Below the pieces are notes generated by a model. The model searched no databases. It was not told the origin of the DNA and saw nothing but the letters and a program-made list of their open reading frames with translations. Of a DNA stretch of 64,000 nt, positions 30,083 through 38,767 are shown piece by piece. Source of the DNA: an uncultured Actinomycetes bacterium. GTDB lineage: Bacteria > Actinomycetota > Thermoleophilia > Gaiellales > Gaiellaceae. How positions within the stretch are numbered: the first letter of the stretch is position 1; each line of letters opens with the position of its first letter. The stretch is from assembly GCA_963796555.1 (NCBI GenBank), contig CAWCLZ010000006.1:14415-78414 (forward strand), given 5' to 3'. The position numbers and the translations under genes are program-made.

Positions 30083-30106
30083 CCCCGGGTGGGTGGGGGC
30101 TTGGGA
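30083..30106 (+). repeat. G-rich 24-mer CCCCGGGTGGGTGGGGGCTTGGGA (copy 2)
   Basis: 23/24 identical to 11410-11433. Lies in the recJ / aminotransferase divergent region and covers GTG 30093. Confidence 0.8.
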
Positions 30107-31284
30107 TGGAGTAGAAGAGGCCAATGGCTGCGCCCGCCCGGAGGAGCTCCGCCGCGCGTTCCTACTCGATCCCGCCGTCCCGTTCCTCAACCACGGCTCG
30201 TTCGGCACCCCCGCGGCCGGTCTTCGAGCGCTACCAGGCGTGGCAGTGCGAGCTCGAGGCCGAGCCGGTCGATTTCCTCGACCGCCGCCTGCCCGACCTC
30301 CTCGACGCCGCACGCTCGGCCCTCGCCGACTACGTCGACTGCCCCGAGCACGATCTCGCCTTCGTCCAGAACGCCACGACAGGCGTCAACCTCGCGGCCC
30401 GCTCGCTCGACCTGCGCGCCGGGGACGAGGTGCTGGCCACCGACCTCGAGTACGGCGCGTGCGACCTCGCGTGGGAGCGGGTCTGCCGCCACGCCGCGGC
30501 GCGTTACGTCCGGGCGCCGATCCCGCTGCCGCTCGGCGACCCGAGCGAGGTGGTCGACGCGCTCTTCGCCGGCGCAGGCGAACGGACGCGCGCGGTCTAC
30601 GTCAGCCACGTCACGTCCACGACGGGACTCGTCCTGCCGGTGGAGGAGATCGTCGCGCGCGCCCGCGCGCTCGGTTTCGTCAACGTCGTCGACGGCGCGC
30701 ACGCGCCCGCGCGCGTCCCGCTCGACCTCGCCGCACTCGGCGCCGACTACTACGCGGGCAACGCCCACAAGTGGCTCTGCGCGCCGAAGGGCGCGGGGTT
30801 CCTCTATGTCCGCCCCGAGCACCAGGAGCGCATCGACGCCGCCATCGTCAGCTGGCTGGGGCTACCGGGCCGGAAACAGTTTCTGCGAGCGCATCGAGAA
30901 GCAGGGCACGCGAGGCCCGGCGGCGTGGCTCAGCGTCCCGGACGCGATCCGTTTCCAGACCGAACGTGACTGGGACGACACCCGGGCGCGTTGCCGTGCC
31001 GTGACTCGCGAGGCGCGCCGGGACCTCTGCGACCTCCTCGGGACGGAGCCCCTCGCGCCGGAGTCGACAGTCGCGCAGATGGCAGCGATCCGCCTCCCCC
31101 GCCCCGCACCCGACCTCACCCGGCGGCTGTTCGCGCGTCACAGCGCCGAGATCCCGTCGACGGCGCGGAGAAGAACTTCCTGCGGCTGTCCGTCGCGGCC
31201 TACACCACGAGCGACGAGATCGACAGGCTGCTATCCGCCCTCGCTCGGGAGCTTAACGCCGAGCACGGTCAACACCACGAGTAG
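30093..31284 (+). pseudogene. Class V aminotransferase (isopenicillin-N-epimerase / cysteine desulfurase-like) with three frame-disrupting indels
   Basis: Homologous segments run through frames 0, 1, 2 and 1: LLDPAVPFLNHGSFGTP | PRPVFERYQAWQ...HKWLCAPKGAGFLYV...IVSW | GYRAGNSF...QGTRGPAAWLSVPDAI... | VDGAEKNFLRLSVAAYTTSDEIDRLL. Junctions are at 30208-30212, 30852-30859 and about 31153-31157. Confidence 0.7.
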
Positions 31285-31518
31285 CCCGATCCCGAGCAGC
31301 CAGTACGCGAGCACCCGCCGCGGATGGCGCGACTCCCGCAGGGAGCTGAGCGCGACCTTCCCCCACAGGAGCAGGAGACCGATCAGAGCGGCTCCGCCCA
31401 CCACGATCACGGGCGCGAGAAACGCCGCCTTCTCGAACGACCACCCGAGCGCCAGGGCGGTCAGCGCGACCAGTGCCAGAACCACCGCAAACGCGATCAG
31501 ATAGCGGAGTACCCGCAT
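31231..31518 (-). CDS. Small 3-TM membrane protein
   Basis: MRVLRYLIAFAVVLALVALTALALGW.... TACCCT-N6-ATG upstream. The 3' end overlaps the aminotransferase pseudogene tail. Confidence 0.5.
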   Translation of the reverse strand: MRVLRYLIAFAVVLALVALTALALGWSFEKAAFLAPVIVVGGAALIGLLLLWGKVALSSLRESRHPRRVLAYWLLGIGLLVVLTVLGVKLPSEGG

Positions 31519-31999
31519 GCGGTCAGGGTACGCTGCCGCCGTGGAAGCGGCCGGCAACTACCACTCCGGCGACGACTACGTCGTCGAGTTCCTCGGGTAC
31601 CGCTTCTCCTTCAGCAGTCTCGACTTCGAGGAGCGTGTCATCGCGGCGGCGGTGCGGCTCGGGCTCGTCTCCAGCCCCGAGCTGGACGAGGACGAGACCG
31701 CCGACCTCGTCGAGCTGGTCGAGCGCGATGCGATCGCCGCGCCGCGCAGCGCGCTCGGCGAGTACCTCGTCCGGCACTGGGACGAGCTCGCACTCGTCCG
31801 CGGCGAATCGCTCGTCTACTGGCTCAAGAAGCTCGTCTTCCGTGGCGCGTGGCTCGACCACCGCGTGAAGGAGGGCCTGCTCGAGGTCGACTGGGACGAG
31901 GAGCGGCAGGACTTCACGTTCGCGGACACGAACGGCGGCCGCGCCCTGCTCGAGCTCCTCCCCACCCCGAGCTGGCACGAGCTCCAGTACCGGCGATGA
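31517..31999 (+). CDS. Hypothetical acidic protein
   Basis: 160-aa ORF with high GC3. GGAG lies 7 nt upstream of the ATG. No family recognised. Confidence 0.6.
   Translation: MRSGYAAAVEAAGNYHSGDDYVVEFLGYRFSFSSLDFEERVIAAAVRLGLVSSPELDEDETADLVELVERDAIAAPRSALGEYLVRHWDELALVRGESLVYWLKKLVFRGAWLDHRVKEGLLEVDWDEERQDFTFADTNGGRALLELLPTPSWHELQYRR
31525..31530 (-). promoter_or_regulatory. Candidate -10 hexamer TACCCT (leaderless 31518 gene)
   Basis: TACCCT-N6-ATG(31518) on the minus strand. Confidence 0.35.
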
Positions 32000-32775
32000 T
32001 CGTCCCCCGCCGGTATGCAGTCGTGTTGCCGGCGTACCTGGCTGCGCTCCTCGCGCTCGACACCCAGGTCTCGCTCCCCGGGCAGCTCGCACTCGGAGTG
32101 CTCACGTTCGTCGTGCTCGGAGTGGCACTTTGGCCGCTCGCGCTGCTCGTCCGGGCGCAGGCCGTGGGCGTCGTCCTCTTCGCGACGGTCGGAGAGGTGA
32201 CGGGCTCGCTCGTCTGGGGCGTCTACCACTACCGGCTCCACAACCTGCCGCTCTTCATCCCGCCGGCCCACGGGCTCGTCTACCTGAGCGGTGTCGCGCT
32301 GAACCGCAGCCTCCGCGAGCGCGCCGTCGTCTGGGCCGCGCTGGTCGGCGCCACTGCCTGGGGGATCGCCGGCCTGACCGTGCTGCCGCGGCTCGACGTC
32401 GCAGGGGCCGTCGGCGTGCCGCTGCTGCTCGTCTTCCTCTGGCGGTCGCGCTTCCGGGCGACGTACGCAGGCGTGTTCCTCGTGGTGGGTGCGCTCGAGC
32501 TGTACGGGACATCGATCGGGACGTGGCGCTGGGCGTCCACGCTCCCCGGTCTCGGGATCCCGGACGGGAACCCGCCCAGCGGGGTCGCGAGCGGCTACGT
32601 CTGGTTCGACGTGATGGCGCTCCTCATTGCGCCGTGGCTCGTCTACGTGGCCCGTGGGACACTGAAGCCGATGCTCTCGGCCTTCTCGGGCGCGCTACGG
32701 AGCTCGATCCGTCGCAGGGAGCCGATCGGGATGATCAGGGCGTCCGGCGCGTCGTCGCGAGCGTCCGTCACGTAG
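31996..32775 (+). CDS. Hypothetical polytopic membrane protein
   Basis: ATGA coupling to the upstream gene. 6-7 hydrophobic helices. The last 133 nt overlap a convergent ORF. Confidence 0.6.
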   Translation: MIVPRRYAVVLPAYLAALLALDTQVSLPGQLALGVLTFVVLGVALWPLALLVRAQAVGVVLFATVGEVTGSLVWGVYHYRLHNLPLFIPPAHGLVYLSGVALNRSLRERAVVWAALVGATAWGIAGLTVLPRLDVAGAVGVPLLLVFLWRSRFRATYAGVFLVVGALELYGTSIGTWRWASTLPGLGIPDGNPPSGVASGYVWFDVMALLIAPWLVYVARGTLKPMLSAFSGALRSSIRRREPIGMIRASGASSRASVT

Positions 32776-32966
32776 ATCGTCACCATCCCAAAGCCGGGCT
32801 CCGGCTCGATCCGCTCGAGCACGAACCGTGACCGGTCGGCGAGCTCGACCTCGACGATCGGCTTCTCCACCCCGTTCGCCTCGGCGAAGGAGGCGATTGC
32901 CTTGTGTAGCCGCTCGACGAACGCCTCGTGCGGCAGCTCCGGAGTGGGTGTCCAGAGCTCGGGCAT
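32643..32966 (-). CDS. Hypothetical protein
   Basis: 107-aa acidic ORF, TGATG-coupled to the upstream cupin gene. Confidence 0.55.
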   Translation of the reverse strand: MPELWTPTPELPHEAFVERLHKAIASFAEANGVEKPIVEVELADRSRFVLERIEPEPGFGMVTIYVTDARDDAPDALIIPIGSLRRIELRSAPEKAESIGFSVPRAT

Positions 32967-33328
32967 CAGTCTCCGGTCGGGACGACGCCGGCGGGCTCCA
33001 CCATCAGCACGACCGTGCGGCCGTGCGCGATCGGCCGGTGCAGCACGCCGCGCGGAATCGTGATCGCCTGGCGCGGCCCGAGAACGGCCGGCTCGCGGCC
33101 TTCGATCTCGATCTCGAGCCTGCCGTCAAGGACGAAGAAGAACTCGTCGTCATGTTCGTGCTTGTGCCAGTGGAACTCCCCGTCCAGGACGCCGAGCCGG
33201 ACGACGGAATCGTTCACGGTCGTCAGCGTCTGGTTGAACCACGGCTCGTGCTCCGCGGCGAACGCGGCGACGTCGAACTCGCGCAGCTGGCCAAACTTGT
33301 CGTCGAGATGGATGTCGTACTCCACCAT
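32966..33328 (-). CDS. Cupin domain protein
   Basis: GEFHWHKHEHDDEFFFVLDG...IPRGVLHRP cupin motifs. Confidence 0.75.
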   Translation of the reverse strand: MVEYDIHLDDKFGQLREFDVAAFAAEHEPWFNQTLTTVNDSVVRLGVLDGEFHWHKHEHDDEFFFVLDGRLEIEIEGREPAVLGPRQAITIPRGVLHRPIAHGRTVVLMVEPAGVVPTGD

Positions 33329-33363
33329 CCGGGAAACTATGTCTGGACCGCTGCGCCCTTCGC

Positions 33364-34386
33364 CTAAAAGAGGCGCGCGTCCGTTTCGGGCTCGGGCGCC
33401 GCGCCGAGGTGGGCGCGGCCGAGCGCGGTGATCGTGCGGCCGCGCGGCGTGCGCTGGAGGAAGCCGAGCTGCAGGAGATACGGCTCGTACACGTATTCGA
33501 TCGTGTCCGGCTCCTCGCCGAGCGCCGCCGCCAGCGTGTTGAGGCCGACGGGGCCGCCGTCGTATTTCTCGGCGATTGAGCGCAGGAGCTCGCGGTCGAG
33601 CCTTTCGAGCCCGGCCTCGTCGACCTCGAGCAGCTCGAGCGCCTCGCGCGCGATCGGGGTCGTGATCGCGCCCTGGTGCCGCACCTCGGCGACGTCCCTG
33701 ACGCGCCGGAGGATCCGGTTTCCCACCCGCGGCGTCCCGCGGGCGCGACCCGCGATCTCGTCGGCCGCCTCGTCGGCGATCTCGACGCCGAGGATCCCGG
33801 CCGAGCGGCGGACGATCGTCGCGAGCTCGCCATCCTCGTAGTAGTCGAGCCGGAACGTCATCCCGAAGCGGTCGCGCAGCGGCGACGTGAGGAGACCCGT
33901 GCGGGTCGTCGCGCCGACGAGGGTGAACGGCGGCAGGTCGAGCGTGAGCGTGCGCGCAGCCGTCCCCTGCCCCATCACGATGTCGAGCCGGAAGTCCTCG
34001 AGCGCCGGATAGAGGATCTCCTCCGCCGCGCGGCTGAGGCGGTGGATCTCGTCGACGAAGACGACGTCGCGCGCCTCGACGGCGGTGAGGATCGCGGCGA
34101 CGTCCTTGCGCTCGAGTGCCGGCCCGGCGACCGAGCGGATGCCGACGCCGAGCTCCTCGCGGATGATGTGCGCGAGGCTCGTCTTGCCGAGCCCGGGCGG
34201 CCCGACGAGGAGGACATGGTCGAGCGCCTCGCCCCTCCCCTTCGCCGCCTCGAGCGCGATCGCGAGCTGCTCCTTGATGCGCGCCTGGCCGACGAATTCG
34301 TCGAGCCGGCGCGGCCGCAGGCTCTGCTCGACCTCCTCCTCGTCCTCACGCAGGCCCGGGGTCAGAAACTGCGTCGCGGCGTTCAC
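33364..34386 (-). CDS. ruvB: Holliday junction branch migration helicase RuvB
   Basis: [12 protein letters not shown], Walker [10 protein letters not shown] and DEIHRL. GTGA overlap with the ruvA stop. Confidence 0.93.
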   Translation of the reverse strand: MNAATQFLTPGLREDEEEVEQSLRPRRLDEFVGQARIKEQLAIALEAAKGRGEALDHVLLVGPPGLGKTSLAHIIREELGVGIRSVAGPALERKDVAAILTAVEARDVVFVDEIHRLSRAAEEILYPALEDFRLDIVMGQGTAARTLTLDLPPFTLVGATTRTGLLTSPLRDRFGMTFRLDYYEDGELATIVRRSAGILGVEIADEAADEIAGRARGTPRVGNRILRRVRDVAEVRHQGAITTPIAREALELLEVDEAGLERLDRELLRSIAEKYDGGPVGLNTLAAALGEEPDTIEYVYEPYLLQLGFLQRTPRGRTITALGRAHLGAAPEPETDARLF

Positions 34387-34952
34387 GCTGCCTTCTTCAA
34401 CGCCAGCCGGACCCGTTCCTCCGGCGGCAGCTCGGGATCGACCTCCGCGAGGGCGCGCTCGGCGTCGAGCAGCGACCAGCCGAGCTCGACGAGGGCGTCG
34501 CGCGCGACGAGGTACGGAGTGTCCGGGCCGGCCTCCTGGGCGATCGCCTCCTCGGCGCCGAGCTTCTCCTTGAGCTCGAGCACGATGCGATCTGCTGTCT
34601 TCTTGCCGATACCGGGGATCGCCTGGAAGCGCGCCGAGTCCTCGCGCGCGATCGCGCGGCGCAGCTCGGCGGCCGGCGAGCCGGAGACGATGGCGAGCGC
34701 GACCTTCGGCCCGACGCCGCTGACCGCGAGCAGCTGGACGAACAGCTCCCGCTCGCTCCGGTCGGCAAAGCCGTAGAGCTGGAGCGCGTCCTCCCGCACG
34801 TGGGTGTACGTCTCGACGGTGATCTCGTCCATGGACTCGCCCTTGCGGACAGCAGCCGGCGTGGCGTGGACGAGGTACCCGACGCCGCCGACGTCGAGGA
34901 TCAGTCCCTCGGGCGTGTTCGCCACGGGCTTCCCTCGCAGGCACGCGATCAT
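34383..34952 (-). CDS. ruvA: Holliday junction DNA-binding protein RuvA
   Basis: [10 protein letters not shown]...GVGYLV, HhH motifs ([24 protein letters not shown]). Confidence 0.9.
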   Translation of the reverse strand: MIACLRGKPVANTPEGLILDVGGVGYLVHATPAAVRKGESMDEITVETYTHVREDALQLYGFADRSERELFVQLLAVSGVGPKVALAIVSGSPAAELRRAIAREDSARFQAIPGIGKKTADRIVLELKEKLGAEEAIAQEAGPDTPYLVARDALVELGWSLLDAERALAEVDPELPPEERVRLALKKAA

Positions 34953-34986
34953 GGGCCCAATCTACGCACGGGAACGGACGTTCCCA

Positions 34987-35478
34987 CTAGCCGGCCGCGG
35001 CGCGCACCAACGGCGGCGCGAGCGCGTGGCAGATCGCGACCGCGAGCGCGTCGGCGGCGTGGTGTGGCGTCGGCAACTCGTCCAGCGAGAGGATCATCTT
35101 GACCATCCGCTGCATCTGCGCCTTGTCGGCGCGGCCGTAGCCGCAGATCGCCTGCTTCACGCTGGCCGGCGCGTACTCGCGGCAGTCGAGCCCCGCGTTG
35201 GCGGCCGCGACGAGCACGGCGCCGCGTGCCTGCCCGACGGAGAGCGCGATGCGGGCGTCGGCGCCGACGTACGACTCCTCGAGCGCCACCGCATCCGGCG
35301 CGTGCTCGTCGATGAGCGCCGCCACCGCGTCGTGGATCGTCTTCAAACGACGGACGGTGTCCTGTCCGGCGGGCGTCGACCAGCATCCGTGCGCCACCTC
35401 CCTGAGGCGGCCTCCGCTTTCTTGGACGACTCCGTACCCGCAAGCAGCAGTCCCCGGATCGATGCCTACGACCTTCAC
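34987..35478 (-). CDS. ruvC: Crossover junction endodeoxyribonuclease RuvC
   Basis: VVGIDPGTAACGYGVV and HAADALAVAICH motifs. GTGA overlap with the upstream MFS gene stop. Confidence 0.9.
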   Translation of the reverse strand: MKVVGIDPGTAACGYGVVQESGGRLREVAHGCWSTPAGQDTVRRLKTIHDAVAALIDEHAPDAVALEESYVGADARIALSVGQARGAVLVAAANAGLDCREYAPASVKQAICGYGRADKAQMQRMVKMILSLDELPTPHHAADALAVAICHALAPPLVRAAAG

Positions 35479-36650
35479 GAGAGAAAGCTACGGACCCGGT
35501 CGGACGAATCCTGTTCGGCCCGCGACCGGTTGGGGACCGGCCCAGTAAGTGCTCGGCCTCCCAGCACCGTGACGACGAGCAGACCGAGCACGAGCAGGGC
35601 AAGTGTTCGGGGCAGCCCCGCTTGGTCGGAGAGGAGGCCGATCACGGGCGGACCGAGGATGAAGCCCGAGTAGCCGAGAGTGAATGCGGCCGCAAGCGAC
35701 GGGCCTGGTGGGTTGATGCGACCTGCGGCACTGAACAGGAGCGGCACAGCGTTGGCGATCCCGAGACCGCAGAGGACGAAGCCTGCAACGGCTGGAGCAG
35801 TCCGGCCGACGATGAGCACGGCACCGAGCGCGATCGCCACGAGTCCGGTGCCAACTCGCAGCAACCGACTCGCGCCGATTCGCTCGTTGACGACGTCGCC
35901 GCCAAGTCGCGCGATCGCCATCCCGAGCGAGAATCCGGTGAACGCCAGCGCCGCTGCGGCGGGGGCTGCTCCGGTGTTGTGGCGGAGGTAGATGCCGCCC
36001 CAGTCGCCGATCGCGCCCTCGGCGAGCATCACGAGGAAGCAGAGGCCGCCGATGAGGATCACGGGGCGGGTCGGGAGCGCGAGTCCGTGTCCTCCCGAGG
36101 AGTGCGTGGACGAGGCGCCGAGCAGCCGGGTGATCCAGAGGGTGAGGAGGAACAGCGCGAGGCCGACAACGAGGCTCTCGACGCGGGGGTCGACTCCTCC
36201 GGTGGTCGCGAGAACGACCAGTCCGGCGGCCGTGAACCCGCCGACGCTCCAGCCGCCGTGAAGCGAGGACATGATCGGGCGGCCGAGCCGTTCCTGGAGC
36301 GCGACCCCGTGAGCGTTCATCGCAACGTCCATCGCGCCGTTGCTCGCCCCGAAGACGAAGAGGATCGCCGCCAGCATGAACGGACTCGTCGCCAGCAGTG
36401 GAAGCGGCAGCATCAGACAGAACACGAGCGCTGTCCATCGTGCGACCGACGCGCTCGGGAGCCGATCGAGGATGTGGCCCGTGATCGGCATCGAAACAAG
36501 AGCCCCCGCGGCCATGCACAGCAAGCAGAACCCGAGTGTCGCCTTCGAGATCCCGAGATGATCCTGCAGCCACGGAATGTGCGCGACCCACGTCCCGACC
36601 ATCGCTCCATTGACAGCGAAGACGAGAAACGTCGCGACACGCGGGCTCAA
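35475..36650 (-). CDS. MFS transporter
   Basis: About 12 hydrophobic helices. Proposed TTG start overlaps the DeoR stop (TTGA). The N-terminal 137 codons of the listed ORF were discarded. Confidence 0.75.
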   Translation of the reverse strand: MSPRVATFLVFAVNGAMVGTWVAHIPWLQDHLGISKATLGFCLLCMAAGALVSMPITGHILDRLPSASVARWTALVFCLMLPLPLLATSPFMLAAILFVFGASNGAMDVAMNAHGVALQERLGRPIMSSLHGGWSVGGFTAAGLVVLATTGGVDPRVESLVVGLALFLLTLWITRLLGASSTHSSGGHGLALPTRPVILIGGLCFLVMLAEGAIGDWGGIYLRHNTGAAPAAAALAFTGFSLGMAIARLGGDVVNERIGASRLLRVGTGLVAIALGAVLIVGRTAPAVAGFVLCGLGIANAVPLLFSAAGRINPPGPSLAAAFTLGYSGFILGPPVIGLLSDQAGLPRTLALLVLGLLVVTVLGGRALTGPVPNRSRAEQDSSDRVRSFLS

Positions 36651-37396
36651 ACTGCCACCACGGCCGCTCCGGCCGCAGCGAACGGACTCGTCACGTCCTC
36701 GGCGCCGTCCGTGATCAGATGGTCGATCTCCGAGATCGCGGCGACCACCCACGGATACGACGCGTTCAGCTTGTCCGCTGTCGCCGGCGCGACGACTGTT
36801 GTCGCACAAGCGACCATCTCGCGCTTCACCTGCGCCTCCTCGCCGTTCGCCGCTGTCGCCCCGACCTCCGGATGGAACGCACAGACTCCGAGGACGCAGA
36901 CGTCCGCCCGGAGCGCCCGAAAGGCGTCGACTGCGACAGGCCCGACCGCTACCTGCTCGTCCTTGAGCAACCGACCGCCCACCAGCACGACCTCGGCCCG
37001 CGGATGCGCCGCCAACGCAACAGCGACGGGTGGCGCGTTCGTGACAACCACGCCGCTCCAAGCCGAAGGGAGGCGGCGCGCGACCTCGACTGCGGTCGTC
37101 CCTCCGTCGATGACGAGCGTGCGGGCAGATCCCAGCAGCGGTATGGCCGCCTGCGCCAGTGCGATCTTCGCCGTCGCGGCGACCTCCGAGCGACGCTCGA
37201 AGGGCAGCAGATCTGGAGCCACCGGGAGCGCACCGCCGTGAACCCGACAGAGAAGCCCCAGCCCGGCCAGCTCCTGCAGGTCGCGACGAATCGTGTCTTC
37301 GGAAACACCCAGAGCCGCAACAAGCTCTGCGACCACGACCCGGCCGTCGCGTCGGAGTCGCGCGAGGATCTCGTCTCTACGCTCCGCAGCCAGCAC
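36647..37396 (-). CDS. DeoR/GlpR family transcriptional regulator
   Basis: N-terminal HTH (RRDEILARLRRDGRVVVAELVAALGVSEDTIRRDL) plus a DeoR C-terminal sensor domain. Confidence 0.85.
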   Translation of the reverse strand: MLAAERRDEILARLRRDGRVVVAELVAALGVSEDTIRRDLQELAGLGLLCRVHGGALPVAPDLLPFERRSEVAATAKIALAQAAIPLLGSARTLVIDGGTTAVEVARRLPSAWSGVVVTNAPPVAVALAAHPRAEVVLVGGRLLKDEQVAVGPVAVDAFRALRADVCVLGVCAFHPEVGATAANGEEAQVKREMVACATTVVAPATADKLNASYPWVVAAISEIDHLITDGAEDVTSPFAAAGAAVVAV

Positions 37397-37437
37397 TGCT
37401 GCGGGTTATAGCAGGGACATGCGTGTTTCTGCCGGTT

Positions 37438-38193
37438 CTAGCCGGCCGCGCTTTCGAGGACGCGTTCGGGGATGTCGAAGTTCGCGAAGACCTCCTGCAC
37501 GTCGTCGTTCTCCTCCAGCTGGTCGATCAGGCGCAGGATCTTCTTTGCCTCGCCCTCGTCCTCGACGGCGACGGTGGTCTTCGGCAGCATCGTCAGCTCG
37601 GCCGACTCGATCTCGAAGCCGGCGCCCGCGACCGCCTCGCGCACCGTCGCGAGCTCCTCGGCCGCGGAGAGCACCTGGTAGCTCGAGCCGTCGAGCTCGA
37701 CGTCGTCGGCGCCGCCCTCCGCCGCGGCGAGCATCAGCTCGTCCTCGTCGGTGCCGTCGGCAGGCACGAGCACGAGCCCGCGCCGTTCGAACAGCCAGGC
37801 GACCGATCCGGGGGTGCCGAGGTTGCCGTCGTTCTTGTCGAACGTGTGCCGCACCTCGCCCGCCGTCCGGTTGCGATTGTCGGTCAGCGACTCGACGATC
37901 ACGGCCACGCCTGCGGCTCCGTAGCCCTCGTAGATCACGGTCTCGTAGGCGGCCGAGTCGGCGTCGGTGCCGGCGCCCTTCGCGATCGCGCGGTCGATGT
38001 TGTCCTTCGGCATCGAGGCGGCCTTCGCCTTCTCGATCGCGTTCTGGAGCGAGAGGTTCGCGGCCGGTTCAGGCCCGCCTTCCTTCGCCGCGACGATGAT
38101 CGCGCGCGTCAGCTTCGAGAAGAGCTTGCCGCGCTTCGCGTCGGCGGCGCCCTTCTTGTGCTTGATCGACGACCACTTGCTATGCCCGGACAC
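37438..38193 (-). CDS. yebC: YebC/PmpR family DNA-binding transcriptional regulator
   Basis: [27 protein letters not shown] is the diagnostic N-terminus. Confidence 0.92.
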   Translation of the reverse strand: MSGHSKWSSIKHKKGAADAKRGKLFSKLTRAIIVAAKEGGPEPAANLSLQNAIEKAKAASMPKDNIDRAIAKGAGTDADSAAYETVIYEGYGAAGVAVIVESLTDNRNRTAGEVRHTFDKNDGNLGTPGSVAWLFERRGLVLVPADGTDEDELMLAAAEGGADDVELDGSSYQVLSAAEELATVREAVAGAGFEIESAELTMLPKTTVAVEDEGEAKKILRLIDQLEENDDVQEVFANFDIPERVLESAAG

Positions 38194-38746
38194 TCGCCAC
38201 CTCCCTCACGATGCTCAGGAACCGCTCGTGGACGCGAGTATCGTCGGTCAGCTCCGGATGGAAGGCGGCGACGAGGAGCCGTCCCTCGCGCGCGAGCACG
38301 GCGTGGCCGTCGACCTCCGCCAGCACCTGGACGTCCGGCCCGGCGTCCTCGAGCCAGGGCGCGCGGATGAAGACGGCGCGCAGCGGCTCTTCCCCGTCCC
38401 CGATCTCGAGATCCGCCTCGAAGCTCTTGACCTGGCGGCCGAACGCGTTGCGCCTGGTCCGGTAGTCGCCGAGGCCGAGGTGGTCGCGGTCGAGGACGAT
38501 CATCCCCGCGCACGTGCCGAGGATCGGGCCGCCGAACCCGCGCACCGCCTCGTCGAGGCCGTAGAGCTTCATGAGCCGGCCGATCGCCGTCGACTCGCCG
38601 CCGGGGATGATCAGCCCGTCGAGCCCGTCGAGCTGCTCGGGCAGCCGGACCTCGACCGGCTCCGCGCCGAGCCGCCGCAGCATTGCGGCGTGCTCACGGA
38701 AGTTCCCCTGCACGGCGAGGACGCCGATCCTGAGCGGCTTCTCCAT
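38180..38746 (-). CDS. pdxT: Pyridoxal 5'-phosphate synthase glutaminase subunit PdxT
   Basis: [27 protein letters not shown] and FHPEL motifs. Confidence 0.9.
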   Translation of the reverse strand: MEKPLRIGVLAVQGNFREHAAMLRRLGAEPVEVRLPEQLDGLDGLIIPGGESTAIGRLMKLYGLDEAVRGFGGPILGTCAGMIVLDRDHLGLGDYRTRRNAFGRQVKSFEADLEIGDGEEPLRAVFIRAPWLEDAGPDVQVLAEVDGHAVLAREGRLLVAAFHPELTDDTRVHERFLSIVREVASVRA

Positions 38747-38767
38747 CGCCGTCGATGGTAACGGGGC

